Source of the DNA: Syntrophaceae bacterium UBA1411
Lineage (GTDB): Bacteria; Desulfobacterota; Syntrophia; Syntrophales; Smithellaceae
Assembly: GCA_002304995.1 (NCBI GenBank)
Contig: DBPV01000044.1
Location: 79,943 to 128,886, forward strand
Reading direction: 5' to 3'
Length of the DNA stretch: 48,944 nucleotides
Positions 1 to 8,167 of the stretch are shown in pieces (position 1 is the first letter of the stretch; the number at the start of each line of letters is the position of its first letter). Position numbers and translations under genes: made by a program. The notes under the pieces are model-generated. The model was not told the origin of the DNA, searched no databases, and was given only the letters and a program-made list of their open reading frames with translations.

Positions 1-1239
1 CTGGGACGGCTGATGCAGTGCGCGATCTCCCGGCAGAAGGAGTATCTGGCGGACGCTTCCGCCGTCCAGTTCACGCGCAATCCCCTGGGACTCGCGGGCG
101 CGCTCAAAAAAATCGGCGGCTCCGCTTTCGGCGCGCGCATCCGGCTTGCGGAGGCCCGTCAGGCGAGCCATCTGTTTTTCGGCGAAAGCCATCCCGACGA
201 CCTCTTTTCCTTTCTGGCAACGCATCCGCCGCTGGCCTTGCGCATCCGGCTTCTGGATCCGTCTTTTGACGGACAGTTCGTCAAAACCGCCGAGGAACAG
301 CCGACGGGCCCCAAACCGCAGTACACCACTCCCTTCTGGGGAACGACGCGCCAGGGCGCCGGCCTTGCTCCTCCGCCCGGATCGCCGCTCGTGGCCGTCA
401 TTCCCGCCCTGGTCGTCGACCGCGTCGGCCGGCCGTCGCCGGAAAACATCGTCCAGAGCCGGACCGTTTTGACCGACCTGCCGGCGGATATCCGCGCGGC
501 GGCGCGCACGCCGCAGGGCGCGGCCTCCCTTATCTACGCGCTCGTCATCGGCGCGGACCGGGCGCGCCAAAACCATGAGACGGCCGCCTTGTCCCGGGCG
601 CTGGTCCTGGAAGAAAAAACGGAGCAGGTCTTTGCCCTCGGCGCCCTGCTGGCGGGGCTTTCCAACCGCCTGAAACTGCCGCTTCTGGAACTGGCCATGC
701 CGTCCTTGGCGGGGCTCGACGGTCTGCAAAAAAGAAATTTCCTGGTGGTCCTGCAGTCGCTTGTCAACGCCGACGGCCGGATGACGCTTCTGGAACTGTC
801 CTGCCTGTGGATTCTGGACAAGCACCTCAATCCCGCCGAGGATCTGTTTCGAACCATCACCAAATTTTCCTTCGCGCAGGTAGGCCTCGACACCGTCACG
901 CTTCTGGGAGCGCTCGCCTCGGCCGGACATCCGGACGACCGCGCAAAGGCGCAGGCGGCCTTCGACGCAGGGCTTTCGCGCATTCCGGAGCTGGCCTGCC
1001 GCAAGCCGGTTTTCCTCTTTAACGAAAATCCTTCCTACGCCGGCGTAAGCCGGGTGCTCACAAATCTGACTTCCGCCTCTTTCAGGATCAGGGAAACCGT
1101 CATCGACGCCTCTGCCCACTGCGCGTTTGCGGATGCGACTGTCACGTTCGAGGAGGGAGAGCTCCTGCGCGTCATCGCGCTCGCGCTCCAGTGCCCCCTG
1201 CCGCCGTTCATTGAGCAAAATCCTCCCGCGCCGGTTTAA
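1..1239 (+). CDS. M48 (HtpX-like) metallopeptidase, long form with C-terminal TerB-like helical repeats; 5'-truncated
   Basis: AISRQKEYLADASAVQFTRNPLGLAGALKKI and ATHPPLALRI are M48 C-terminal motifs. The frame is open from the window start, so the HExxH motif is presumably upstream. Confidence 0.85.
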   Translation: MGRLMQCAISRQKEYLADASAVQFTRNPLGLAGALKKIGGSAFGARIRLAEARQASHLFFGESHPDDLFSFLATHPPLALRIRLLDPSFDGQFVKTAEEQPTGPKPQYTTPFWGTTRQGAGLAPPPGSPLVAVIPALVVDRVGRPSPENIVQSRTVLTDLPADIRAAARTPQGAASLIYALVIGADRARQNHETAALSRALVLEEKTEQVFALGALLAGLSNRLKLPLLELAMPSLAGLDGLQKRNFLVVLQSLVNADGRMTLLELSCLWILDKHLNPAEDLFRTITKFSFAQVGLDTVTLLGALASAGHPDDRAKAQAAFDAGLSRIPELACRKPVFLFNENPSYAGVSRVLTNLTSASFRIRETVIDASAHCAFADATVTFEEGELLRVIALALQCPLPPFIEQNPPAPV

Positions 1240-1286
1240 GGGAGATGGGGATTGCCAAGATCACCCGGGTGTGTTAAAGCCCCTCC

Positions 1287-2615
1287 ATGTCCCTCTGGCA
1301 AAAGAAAAACCGAATCCTCGTCACCTGCCCCAAGGGCGTCGCTCCTTATCTGAAAACGGAAATCGAAGCTCTGGGATTTCCGATTCTGCATGAAATCGAC
1401 ACGGGTGTGTCCACCGAGGGAACGCTCGCCGACACGATGCGCCTCAATCTCCACCTGCGCACGGCGCAGCGCGTTTTGTACCAGCTGCAGATTTTCAAGG
1501 TCGTGTCTCCCGGCGCCCTGTACGCCGGCGTTCACGCTCTCCCCTGGGAAACGATTCTTTTCGATTCCGGTCCCAGCGCCTACCTGTGCGTCACATCCGT
1601 GGTGGAAAACGAAACGATCACGGACACACGCTATGCCAATCTCAAGGTGAAGGACGCCATCGTGGACCGCATGCGCGACAAGACCGGCCTCAGGCCGGAT
1701 GCAGGACCGGAAAAGGACCGGGCCGTCGTTCATGTATACTGGCGCAACGATCTGGCGATGGTTTATCTGGACACGTCCGGAGACCGGCTTTCCCTGCGCG
1801 GATACCGCCGGATTCCGCTGGCGGCGCCCATGCAGGAAACTCTGGCGGCGGCGGTCATCGCCGCCACCGGCTGGAACCGGCGGACGCCTTTCATCAATCC
1901 GATGTGCGGCAGCGGCACGCTGGCCATCGAGGCGGCGCTTTCCGCGCTGGGACGCGCGCCGGGCCTGTCGCGCAACCATTACGGTTTCATGCATCTGCGG
2001 GATTTTCCGCACGACGCCTGGCAGGCCCTGCGCAGAGCCGCCCGCGACGCCGCAGAAAAAACGATGAAGGCAACCATCATTGCCTCGGACATCGATCCGA
2101 AAGCCGTGGAGGCGGCGCGCCGCAACGCCGAGACGGCCGGCGTCGACCGGCTGATCGAATTCAAGGCCTGTCCGTTTGAAAGAACGCCGACGCCCGGGGG
2201 CGGCGGCGTGATCGTTCTGAATCCCCCTTACGGGGAAAGACTGGAGCCCCTCCGCAGCCGGCCGCGCCCGGCGGAGCGCAGCAGGGAAATCGCACCCGGA
2301 CAAAAAGTCATTCTCCGCAAGGGCGCCGGAGAAAAACCCGCCGCCGGCGCCCTGCAAAAACTTGCGGCGCTGTACGAAGCCTGCGGCGATTATTTCAAGA
2401 GCACCGGCCGGGGCTACCGCGGCTACATTTTCACCGGCAATCTCGATCTGGCCAAAAAAGTGGGACTGCGCACGAAACGGCGGCTGCCGTTCTACAACGG
2501 CGATATTGAATGCCGGCTTCTGGAATACGAGCTCTACGCGGGAAGCCAGAAGCATTCGGCAAAAGAAGATTTGCGAAATTCCCGTCTGCGGCCCGAGCCG
2601 GATGACAAGCCTTAG
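1287..2615 (+). CDS. THUMP-domain class I SAM-dependent RNA methyltransferase (RlmL-like)
   Basis: LDTSGDRLSLRGYR, APMQETLAAA, NPMCGSGT and NPPYGERL motifs. Confidence 0.9.
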   Translation: MSLWQKKNRILVTCPKGVAPYLKTEIEALGFPILHEIDTGVSTEGTLADTMRLNLHLRTAQRVLYQLQIFKVVSPGALYAGVHALPWETILFDSGPSAYLCVTSVVENETITDTRYANLKVKDAIVDRMRDKTGLRPDAGPEKDRAVVHVYWRNDLAMVYLDTSGDRLSLRGYRRIPLAAPMQETLAAAVIAATGWNRRTPFINPMCGSGTLAIEAALSALGRAPGLSRNHYGFMHLRDFPHDAWQALRRAARDAAEKTMKATIIASDIDPKAVEAARRNAETAGVDRLIEFKACPFERTPTPGGGGVIVLNPPYGERLEPLRSRPRPAERSREIAPGQKVILRKGAGEKPAAGALQKLAALYEACGDYFKSTGRGYRGYIFTGNLDLAKKVGLRTKRRLPFYNGDIECRLLEYELYAGSQKHSAKEDLRNSRLRPEPDDKP

Positions 2616-2679
2616 AGCAACCGCAGGACGCGGAATCATGCGTGCGTCTGACGGGTCGCAAGGCCCGCGCGAATGTTTT

Positions 2680-3039
2680 TCAACCCTTTTCCCTGGCTTC
2701 TTTTTGGGCTTCCTTTGCTTCTTTCTTCCTGGCCTTGGCCAGAGTCTTCAGCGCTTTTTTATCCGGTAACGGCGAAGCGGCAACGGCCGGCGGCTGAACC
2801 GGGTCCGCAGACGGCCGGGCAGACGAATGCTCGACGGAAGAAATTTCCGCCGCGGCCGCCCCGCCCAAGAGCGCCGGCTCCTCCCGCTGCATCTTTTTTC
2901 CGGCGCGGGTCCGGCGGACCCGGGCGATGATCGCTTCGGCCATCATCCGGCCGAACTGGCCGATAAACCCGGCAATCAGCACCAGCACGACCCATTTGAG
3001 CGCCGACCAGGTGCTGATATAATCCAGAATATCCGTCAC
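2680..3039 (-). CDS. hypothetical membrane-anchored protein
   Basis: GTG start with an AAGGG RBS-like element. N-terminal hydrophobic helix (WVVLVLIAGFIGQFG) and a Lys/Glu-rich tail. Confidence 0.65.
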   Translation of the reverse strand: MTDILDYISTWSALKWVVLVLIAGFIGQFGRMMAEAIIARVRRTRAGKKMQREEPALLGGAAAAEISSVEHSSARPSADPVQPPAVAASPLPDKKALKTLAKARKKEAKEAQKEAREKG

Positions 3040-3238
3040 GAAAGCCCCTTAAAAGAGAATCCGGAAGAGCGCGGCAACGGCTGCCCTTCCTTGTTTTTTA
3101 TATCGCAAAAACGACCATGATGACAAGGCCTATTCTCCCTGCGACAAACCGTTGAATTCGCAGGCGGCTCGTGGTAAAAAAGCGCATCCCGACCAGAACG
3201 GAACCAGGACGGTGTTCGCAGGAGGGAAATCGTCTTTC

Positions 3239-4330
3239 ATGAGCAGATTGCATATACACATTTTTCTGGGGCTGATGATTCTTGCCCTCGCCGCCTGCTC
3301 GGCGCCGCCGATTCAACAGCGGCATCCCGAGGTGACCGCCGCTTACGCCGAACCGGAAACCGCTTTTTTTGAAGCAACCCGCCGGGGCGACATGGCGGTC
3401 GTCATGCGCCTGGTGGAGGAAAAAATCATCGACGTCAACCAGACCGACGCCTATTCCTGGACGGGGCTCATGTACGCGATTCAAAACAGCCATGCGGGCC
3501 TGGCGGAATATCTGCTTCTCAAAAAAGCCCGGATCAATCTGCAGGACAAAGACGGGCTTACGCCGCTCATGATCGCGGTGAACGAACGCCATCCGGACAT
3601 TGTGGAAATTCTGCTGGAGTCCGGAGCCGACGCGCTCAAACAAGACAAGCACGGCTTCACCGCCCTCATGTGGGCCGTCTACAATAAGAGCTGGGACAGC
3701 ATTCCGCTTCTGCTCGCGACGGGCAAAGGGCTCGATGCGCAAAACGGCTTCGGGGAAACGGCGCTGCATCTGGCGCTGGACTACCGTCTGTACGACGTCG
3801 CCACGGCGCTGATTGAACACAACGCCAACCTCAATCTCAAGGATCAAAACGGAAGAACGCCGCTGCACCTGGCCGCGGAAAGGGGCGATGCCGAAAACGT
3901 GCGGCTGATGATCGCCCGAGGGGCGGCCGTCGCGGCGCAAAATGAGGCGGGGGAAACGCCGCTCATGAAAAGCATCCTGAGCGGTTATACATCCGTGGCC
4001 GCGCTGCTCGTCAACCGGCCGCAGGACCTGAACCTCCGGAACACACAGGGGCAGACGGCGCTGCATCTGGCCGCGCACGCGAACCTGCCCGATACGGTTT
4101 CCCTCCTGGTGCGCAAGAAGATCAACCTCAACGTCCGGGACCGGAACGGACAAACGCCGCTCATGGCGGCAGTGCAGGCACAAGCGGAAAGGGTCATTGT
4201 TTTGCTTCTGGAGGCCGGCGCCTCGCCGGCCGTCAAAGACGCGCAGGGCAAGACGGCGCTCGATCTGGCCCGGGCCGGGAAAAATCCGAAGATCGTCGAC
4301 TACCTGGAAAAGAAGATCAAGCCCCTATGA
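3239..4330 (+). CDS. ankyrin-repeat lipoprotein
   Basis: About 10 repeats of the G-x-T-[PA]-L-[HM]-x-A type. Signal peptide with lipobox LAAC. ATG at 3239 follows AGGAGG. Confidence 0.9.
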   Translation: MSRLHIHIFLGLMILALAACSAPPIQQRHPEVTAAYAEPETAFFEATRRGDMAVVMRLVEEKIIDVNQTDAYSWTGLMYAIQNSHAGLAEYLLLKKARINLQDKDGLTPLMIAVNERHPDIVEILLESGADALKQDKHGFTALMWAVYNKSWDSIPLLLATGKGLDAQNGFGETALHLALDYRLYDVATALIEHNANLNLKDQNGRTPLHLAAERGDAENVRLMIARGAAVAAQNEAGETPLMKSILSGYTSVAALLVNRPQDLNLRNTQGQTALHLAAHANLPDTVSLLVRKKINLNVRDRNGQTPLMAAVQAQAERVIVLLLEAGASPAVKDAQGKTALDLARAGKNPKIVDYLEKKIKPL

Positions 4331-5613
4331 AAAAACGAATTCTTTTTCGTCGCATTCTTGGTCTGGCGTTTCTTCTCGCGCTGGTTTTGGCGGACGCGGC
4401 GGGATGCCGGTACATGAGCATTCCGGCAAAAGACGATCCGCTCGCGGGACAGACGAAAGCCAAAAGCGGCGAAACGACAAACGCATACAACTCCGCGGTC
4501 ATCAAGGGCCGTCTTTCCGGCGCCGGGCCCAACCGGGAATCCACGCTTGTTTTGGCCTATCGTCCCGGTGACACCGACTATACCGAATACGTCATCGCCG
4601 CCGCGAACGGTGCGTTTCTGCTTTATCTGCCCGAGGGGCGCTATCAGCTCTTTGCCGTCACGGACGACAACCGCAACGGCGTCTTCGAGTCCGGCGAGGT
4701 CTCCGGCCAGTACGGCACTCCGGGAAATCCGGCGGAAATATCCGTCCGTGAAGGAGAGCTGGTTTCGGGCGTGGTCATTTCCCTCTCCCGGCCGGGCGGC
4801 CGCAACGCTGCGCTTCCTTTGGAATGGCGCCCGAAGAAGGGCCAACCGCTGCTGCGGCAGCTCACGCACAACGGCCAGACGCTCAAAGTCTATCATGAAT
4901 ACTTTTCGCCGGAAAATGCGCAGACCGGATACTGGAATCCCTCGTCCTTCATGAAAGCCTTCGGCGCTCACATTTATCTTGCGGAAGATTATTCTCCGCG
5001 CAAGATTCCGATACTCTTCGTTCACGGCACGGAAGGCAGCCCGCACAACTGGATGTTCTTCTGCATGCGTCTGGACCGGAGCCGCTACCAGCCCTGGTTC
5101 TTCTACTACCCCTCGGGAATGCGCCTGGGACTGGCCGCGGCCCTGCTCGACGAGGAGCTGCGGGAACTGCATGGCCGGTACGGCTTTACGAAGCTGGCCG
5201 TGGTTGCGCACAGTGTCGGCGGCCTCACGACGCGGTCGTTTTTAACCCGCTACGCTTCCGACAAGGAGCATGCCGCCATCCGTCTGTTTGTCTCGCTGGC
5301 TACGCCGTGGAGCGGTTTTAGCGTCGCCGACGCGTCGCAGGTTCTCACCCACAAAAGCATTCCCGCCTGGCTGGATCTGGGAACGCAAAGCGGCTTCATT
5401 TCAAGAACCCTGGCGGACGAGCTGCCCAAAGGTATTCACCACTATATTTTTTACGGAAAAAACGACAGCCTCTGCGGCGATAAAGCCCTCGACGACCGGG
5501 CGGTCGCCGGCGCAATCAAGCTCTACAGCTTTCCTTGCGACCACTCAAGCATTCTCGCCGACCGCCGGGTTTTCGCCCAGTTCAATAAAATTCTGGAGAA
5601 AGAACTCTGGTAG
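4327..5613 (+). CDS. alpha/beta hydrolase (lipase-like) lipoprotein
   Basis: Lipobox AAGC, FVHG oxyanion motif, AHSVGG nucleophile elbow, LATPWSG, C-terminal DH. ATGA overlap with the ankyrin gene. Confidence 0.85.
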   Translation: MKKRILFRRILGLAFLLALVLADAAGCRYMSIPAKDDPLAGQTKAKSGETTNAYNSAVIKGRLSGAGPNRESTLVLAYRPGDTDYTEYVIAAANGAFLLYLPEGRYQLFAVTDDNRNGVFESGEVSGQYGTPGNPAEISVREGELVSGVVISLSRPGGRNAALPLEWRPKKGQPLLRQLTHNGQTLKVYHEYFSPENAQTGYWNPSSFMKAFGAHIYLAEDYSPRKIPILFVHGTEGSPHNWMFFCMRLDRSRYQPWFFYYPSGMRLGLAAALLDEELRELHGRYGFTKLAVVAHSVGGLTTRSFLTRYASDKEHAAIRLFVSLATPWSGFSVADASQVLTHKSIPAWLDLGTQSGFISRTLADELPKGIHHYIFYGKNDSLCGDKALDDRAVAGAIKLYSFPCDHSSILADRRVFAQFNKILEKELW

Positions 5614-5614
5614 C

Positions 5615-6421
5615 ATGAAGATCATCCGTTTCCTGTCCGACACCGAAGAAATGCTCTGCGGCGTTTTGTCGCCGGAGCGGCCCGCCTCGGCGGCCGTCAT
5701 CGCGGGACATATTCCCGGCGCCTGGAGCATCACATGCCGCGAAGCCCGGATTCAAAGGCTTCTGGCGCCGCTCGTTCCCGTCAACATCCTCGCCCTGGGC
5801 ATCAACTACAAAAAGCACGGTGACGAAACGGCGATGACCTACCCGAAAGAGCCGGTTCTTTTTATCAAGGCGACCAGCAGTCTCACCGGCCCCGACGCGC
5901 CGATCCTCCTGCCCGCAGCCGGCCCCCATCAGGTGGACTACGAGGCGGAGCTGGCCGTCGTTATCGGCAAAGCGGCCAGGAACGTCCCGCCTGAAGAAGC
6001 TCTGGATTATGTCTTCGGCTACACCTGCGCCAACGACGTGAGCGCCCGCGACTGGCAGTTCGAAAGACAAAAGGGGCAGTGGGCCAGGGGCAAGAGCTTC
6101 GACACCTTCTGTCCGCTGGGCCCCTGGATCGTCACCCGCGATGAGATTGCCGCACCGAATACGCTGGCCATCCGCTGCCTCGTCAACGGGCAGGTCGTTC
6201 AGAACGCCACCACGGCGGACATGATTTTCGACATTCCGTCCATTATCAGCCATCTGAGCCGGTCGATGACGCTTCTGCCGGGAACGGTGATTCTGACCGG
6301 CACGCCCGACGGCGTCGGCTTCACGCGCCGCCCGCCGCTGTTTCTAAAAAAAGGCGACACCGTCAGCGTGGACATTGAAAAAATCGGGACGCTGACCAAC
6401 CGGATCGAAAAAGAGGCCTGA
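5615..6421 (+). CDS. fumarylacetoacetate hydrolase family protein
   Basis: VDYEAELAVVIGK, NDVSARDWQ, GKSFDTFCPLGP and ILTGTPDGVG motifs. Confidence 0.93.
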   Translation: MKIIRFLSDTEEMLCGVLSPERPASAAVIAGHIPGAWSITCREARIQRLLAPLVPVNILALGINYKKHGDETAMTYPKEPVLFIKATSSLTGPDAPILLPAAGPHQVDYEAELAVVIGKAARNVPPEEALDYVFGYTCANDVSARDWQFERQKGQWARGKSFDTFCPLGPWIVTRDEIAAPNTLAIRCLVNGQVVQNATTADMIFDIPSIISHLSRSMTLLPGTVILTGTPDGVGFTRRPPLFLKKGDTVSVDIEKIGTLTNRIEKEA

Positions 6422-6476
6422 TCATTACCCGCACACGGCGTCTTTTGTCAAAATCGGAAAAAATATTCATGTGACG

Positions 6477-6506
6477 TGCAGGGAACGGTCGCGACCGTCC
6501 CCTGCA
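6477..6506. repeat. REP-like imperfect palindrome, copy 1
   Basis: tgcaggga-acggtc-gc-gaccgt-cccctgca, a 14-bp stem with one mismatch. Its 22-nt core matches 15193-15214 at 19/22. Confidence 0.55.
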
Positions 6507-6588
6507 AATTGCTGCGGGTCTTTTCCGGGCTGTTGCCCGGGTATCTCCTGTTCGGGAGAATCTAATGGAGTCGCCTCAACATTAAATT

Positions 6589-7920
6589 TTAATCCAGCCC
6601 CGGCACGGGATATCTCCGGCAGAAGGCCTCGACGTCCCGCCGGATGCCGCCGAGCAGACGGTCATCCCGGAAATGTTTCAGCGCGGCGGTCATCCAGTCG
6701 CCGATCCGGATCATCTCTTCCTCCTTCATGCCGCGCGTGGTCGCGGCCGGCGTTCCCAGGCGGATGCCGCTGGGTCTGAGCGGCGGATTCGGATCATCCG
6801 GAATGATCTGCTTGTTCGTCGTGATGGACACGCTGTCCAGAATAATTTCCGCCTGCTTGCCGTCGATGCCGAAGCTCTTTACCGTATCGATCACCATCAT
6901 GTGATTGTCCGTTCCGCCGGTAATGAGCGTCGCGCCGTTTTCCGCAAGCCTTGCGGCGAGCGCCCGGGCGTTTTTCAAAACCTGCTCGGCATACTGCTTA
7001 AATTCGGGCGCGAGCGCCTTGCCCAGCGCAACGGCGATGGCCGCAATCGTCTGCATGTGCGGACCGCCCTGCAGGCCCGGGAAAACCGACTTGTCGATGA
7101 CGTCGGCGTATTTCGCCTTGCATAGGATGAGCGACCCGCGCGGACCACGGAGGCTCTTGTGCGTGGTGGTGGTGACGATGTCGAAGCCGCTCGCGAGCGG
7201 ATTGCTCATGACGCCCGCCGCCACCAGACCGCCGATGTGCGAAATGTCCGCCATCGTAATCGCGCCCACCGCATCGGCGACTTTCTTGAAATCCTCATAG
7301 TCATAGTCGCGCGGATAGGACGTATATCCGCACAGGACGATTTTCGGCTTTGTTTCCAAAGCCGTCTTCATCAGCGCGTCAAAATCGATTTTCCCCGCGT
7401 TTTCCGGATCGGTCTTGTAGCGGACAAAGGTGAAGAGCTTTCCCATGTGCGAGACGGGCGCGCCGTGCGTCAGGTGTCCGCCGTGGGACAGGTCCATGCC
7501 CAGCACGGTATCGCCGGGCTTGAGAAACGCCAGATAAACCGCCTGGTTCATCGGCGAGCCGGACAGCGCCTGCACGTTGGCGTGTTCGGCACCGAAGACC
7601 TTCTGAGCCCGTTCGATCGCCAGGCGTTCGATCCGGTCGGTGAATTCCTGTCCGCCGTAATAGCGCCGGCCGGGATAGCCTTCGGCATACTTGTTGGTGA
7701 GAATCGATCCGTTGGCGGCCAGCACTTCCGGATAGGTGTAGTTTTCCGATGGAATGAGTTCAATTCCCCTGCGCTCCCGCTCTTCTTCTCCCCGGATTGC
7801 AGCGAAGACGTCGGGATCGTTCTGCAAAAGACGCTCCCGGTTTGCGTTTTCCGGAATTTCGCGGATAAAGGGTTGTGAAGATGAATGTTCAGACGACTGC
7901 TTTTGCTTTTTTTCAGGCAT
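6589..7920 (-). CDS. glyA: serine hydroxymethyltransferase
   Basis: ELIPSENY, NKYAEGYPGRRYYGG, HGGHLTHG, TTTTHKSLRGPRG (PLP lysine) and SGIRLGTPA. Confidence 0.98.
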   Translation of the reverse strand: MPEKKQKQSSEHSSSQPFIREIPENANRERLLQNDPDVFAAIRGEEERERRGIELIPSENYTYPEVLAANGSILTNKYAEGYPGRRYYGGQEFTDRIERLAIERAQKVFGAEHANVQALSGSPMNQAVYLAFLKPGDTVLGMDLSHGGHLTHGAPVSHMGKLFTFVRYKTDPENAGKIDFDALMKTALETKPKIVLCGYTSYPRDYDYEDFKKVADAVGAITMADISHIGGLVAAGVMSNPLASGFDIVTTTTHKSLRGPRGSLILCKAKYADVIDKSVFPGLQGGPHMQTIAAIAVALGKALAPEFKQYAEQVLKNARALAARLAENGATLITGGTDNHMMVIDTVKSFGIDGKQAEIILDSVSITTNKQIIPDDPNPPLRPSGIRLGTPAATTRGMKEEEMIRIGDWMTAALKHFRDDRLLGGIRRDVEAFCRRYPVPGLD

Positions 7921-7951
7921 GGCTTCCTCCTTCCTGTTTCAACAGTCTCTC

Positions 7952-8023
7952 TTTGCCCAGGCGCGCGGCAAAGGAAGGAAGCTTCCCGATGGTTCATTCC
8001 ACCTACAACGCCAGTTGCTGACC
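7952..8023 (-). ncRNA. ZMP/ZTP riboswitch (pfl motif)
   Basis: Minus strand reads GGUCAGCAACUGGCGUUGUAGGUGGAAUGAACCAUCGGGAAGC...GCCGCGCGCCUGGGCAAA. This has the ACUGGCG / GGUGG...ACCA / GGGAAG elements and the 3' GCCG..CGCCUGGGC hairpin, with a GGCG:CGCC pseudoknot. It lies directly upstream of glyA, a typical target gene. Confidence 0.88.
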
Positions 8024-8030
8024 GGGAAGT

Positions 8031-8060
8031 CTTTTAATAAACCGCCTTCCCTTTTGTCAA
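8031..8060 (-). promoter_or_regulatory. putative sigma70 promoter for riboswitch-glyA
   Basis: TTGACA (8060-8055) followed by an AT-rich TATTAAAAG -10 region. The -10 register is uncertain. Confidence 0.45.
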
Positions 8061-8086
8061 GAATTTCTTTTACAGACAGAAGCCCC

Positions 8087-8115
8087 TTGACTTACGAAAC
8101 TCGCTCCCCTATACT
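8087..8115 (+). promoter_or_regulatory. putative sigma70 promoter for the L,D-transpeptidase gene
   Basis: TTGACT-17 nt-TATACT. Confidence 0.6.
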
Positions 8116-8167
8116 GTTTGAACACGGAAGTTCATGTCAAAAATTCAATCACCCGGGTTTTTGGAGA

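Noticed and set aside
1236-2639. 467-aa minus-strand ORF
   Set aside because: Antisense shadow of the RlmL-like gene with no motifs; typical of high-GC DNA.
3380-4290. Periodic ~99-nt similarity as a possible DNA repeat array or CRISPR
   Set aside because: Explained by 33-aa ankyrin repeats. I saw no identical repeat-spacer structure anywhere in the window.
7981-8029. 9-bp alternative pairing CUUCCCGGU/AUCGGGAAG that would disrupt the ZTP aptamer
   Set aside because: The 5' strand probably lies partly upstream of the transcription start; this cannot be supported without TSS data.
7754-8167. N-terminal extension of the L,D-transpeptidase ORF
   Set aside because: It overlaps glyA, the riboswitch and both promoters; the real start is at 8168 or 8186.
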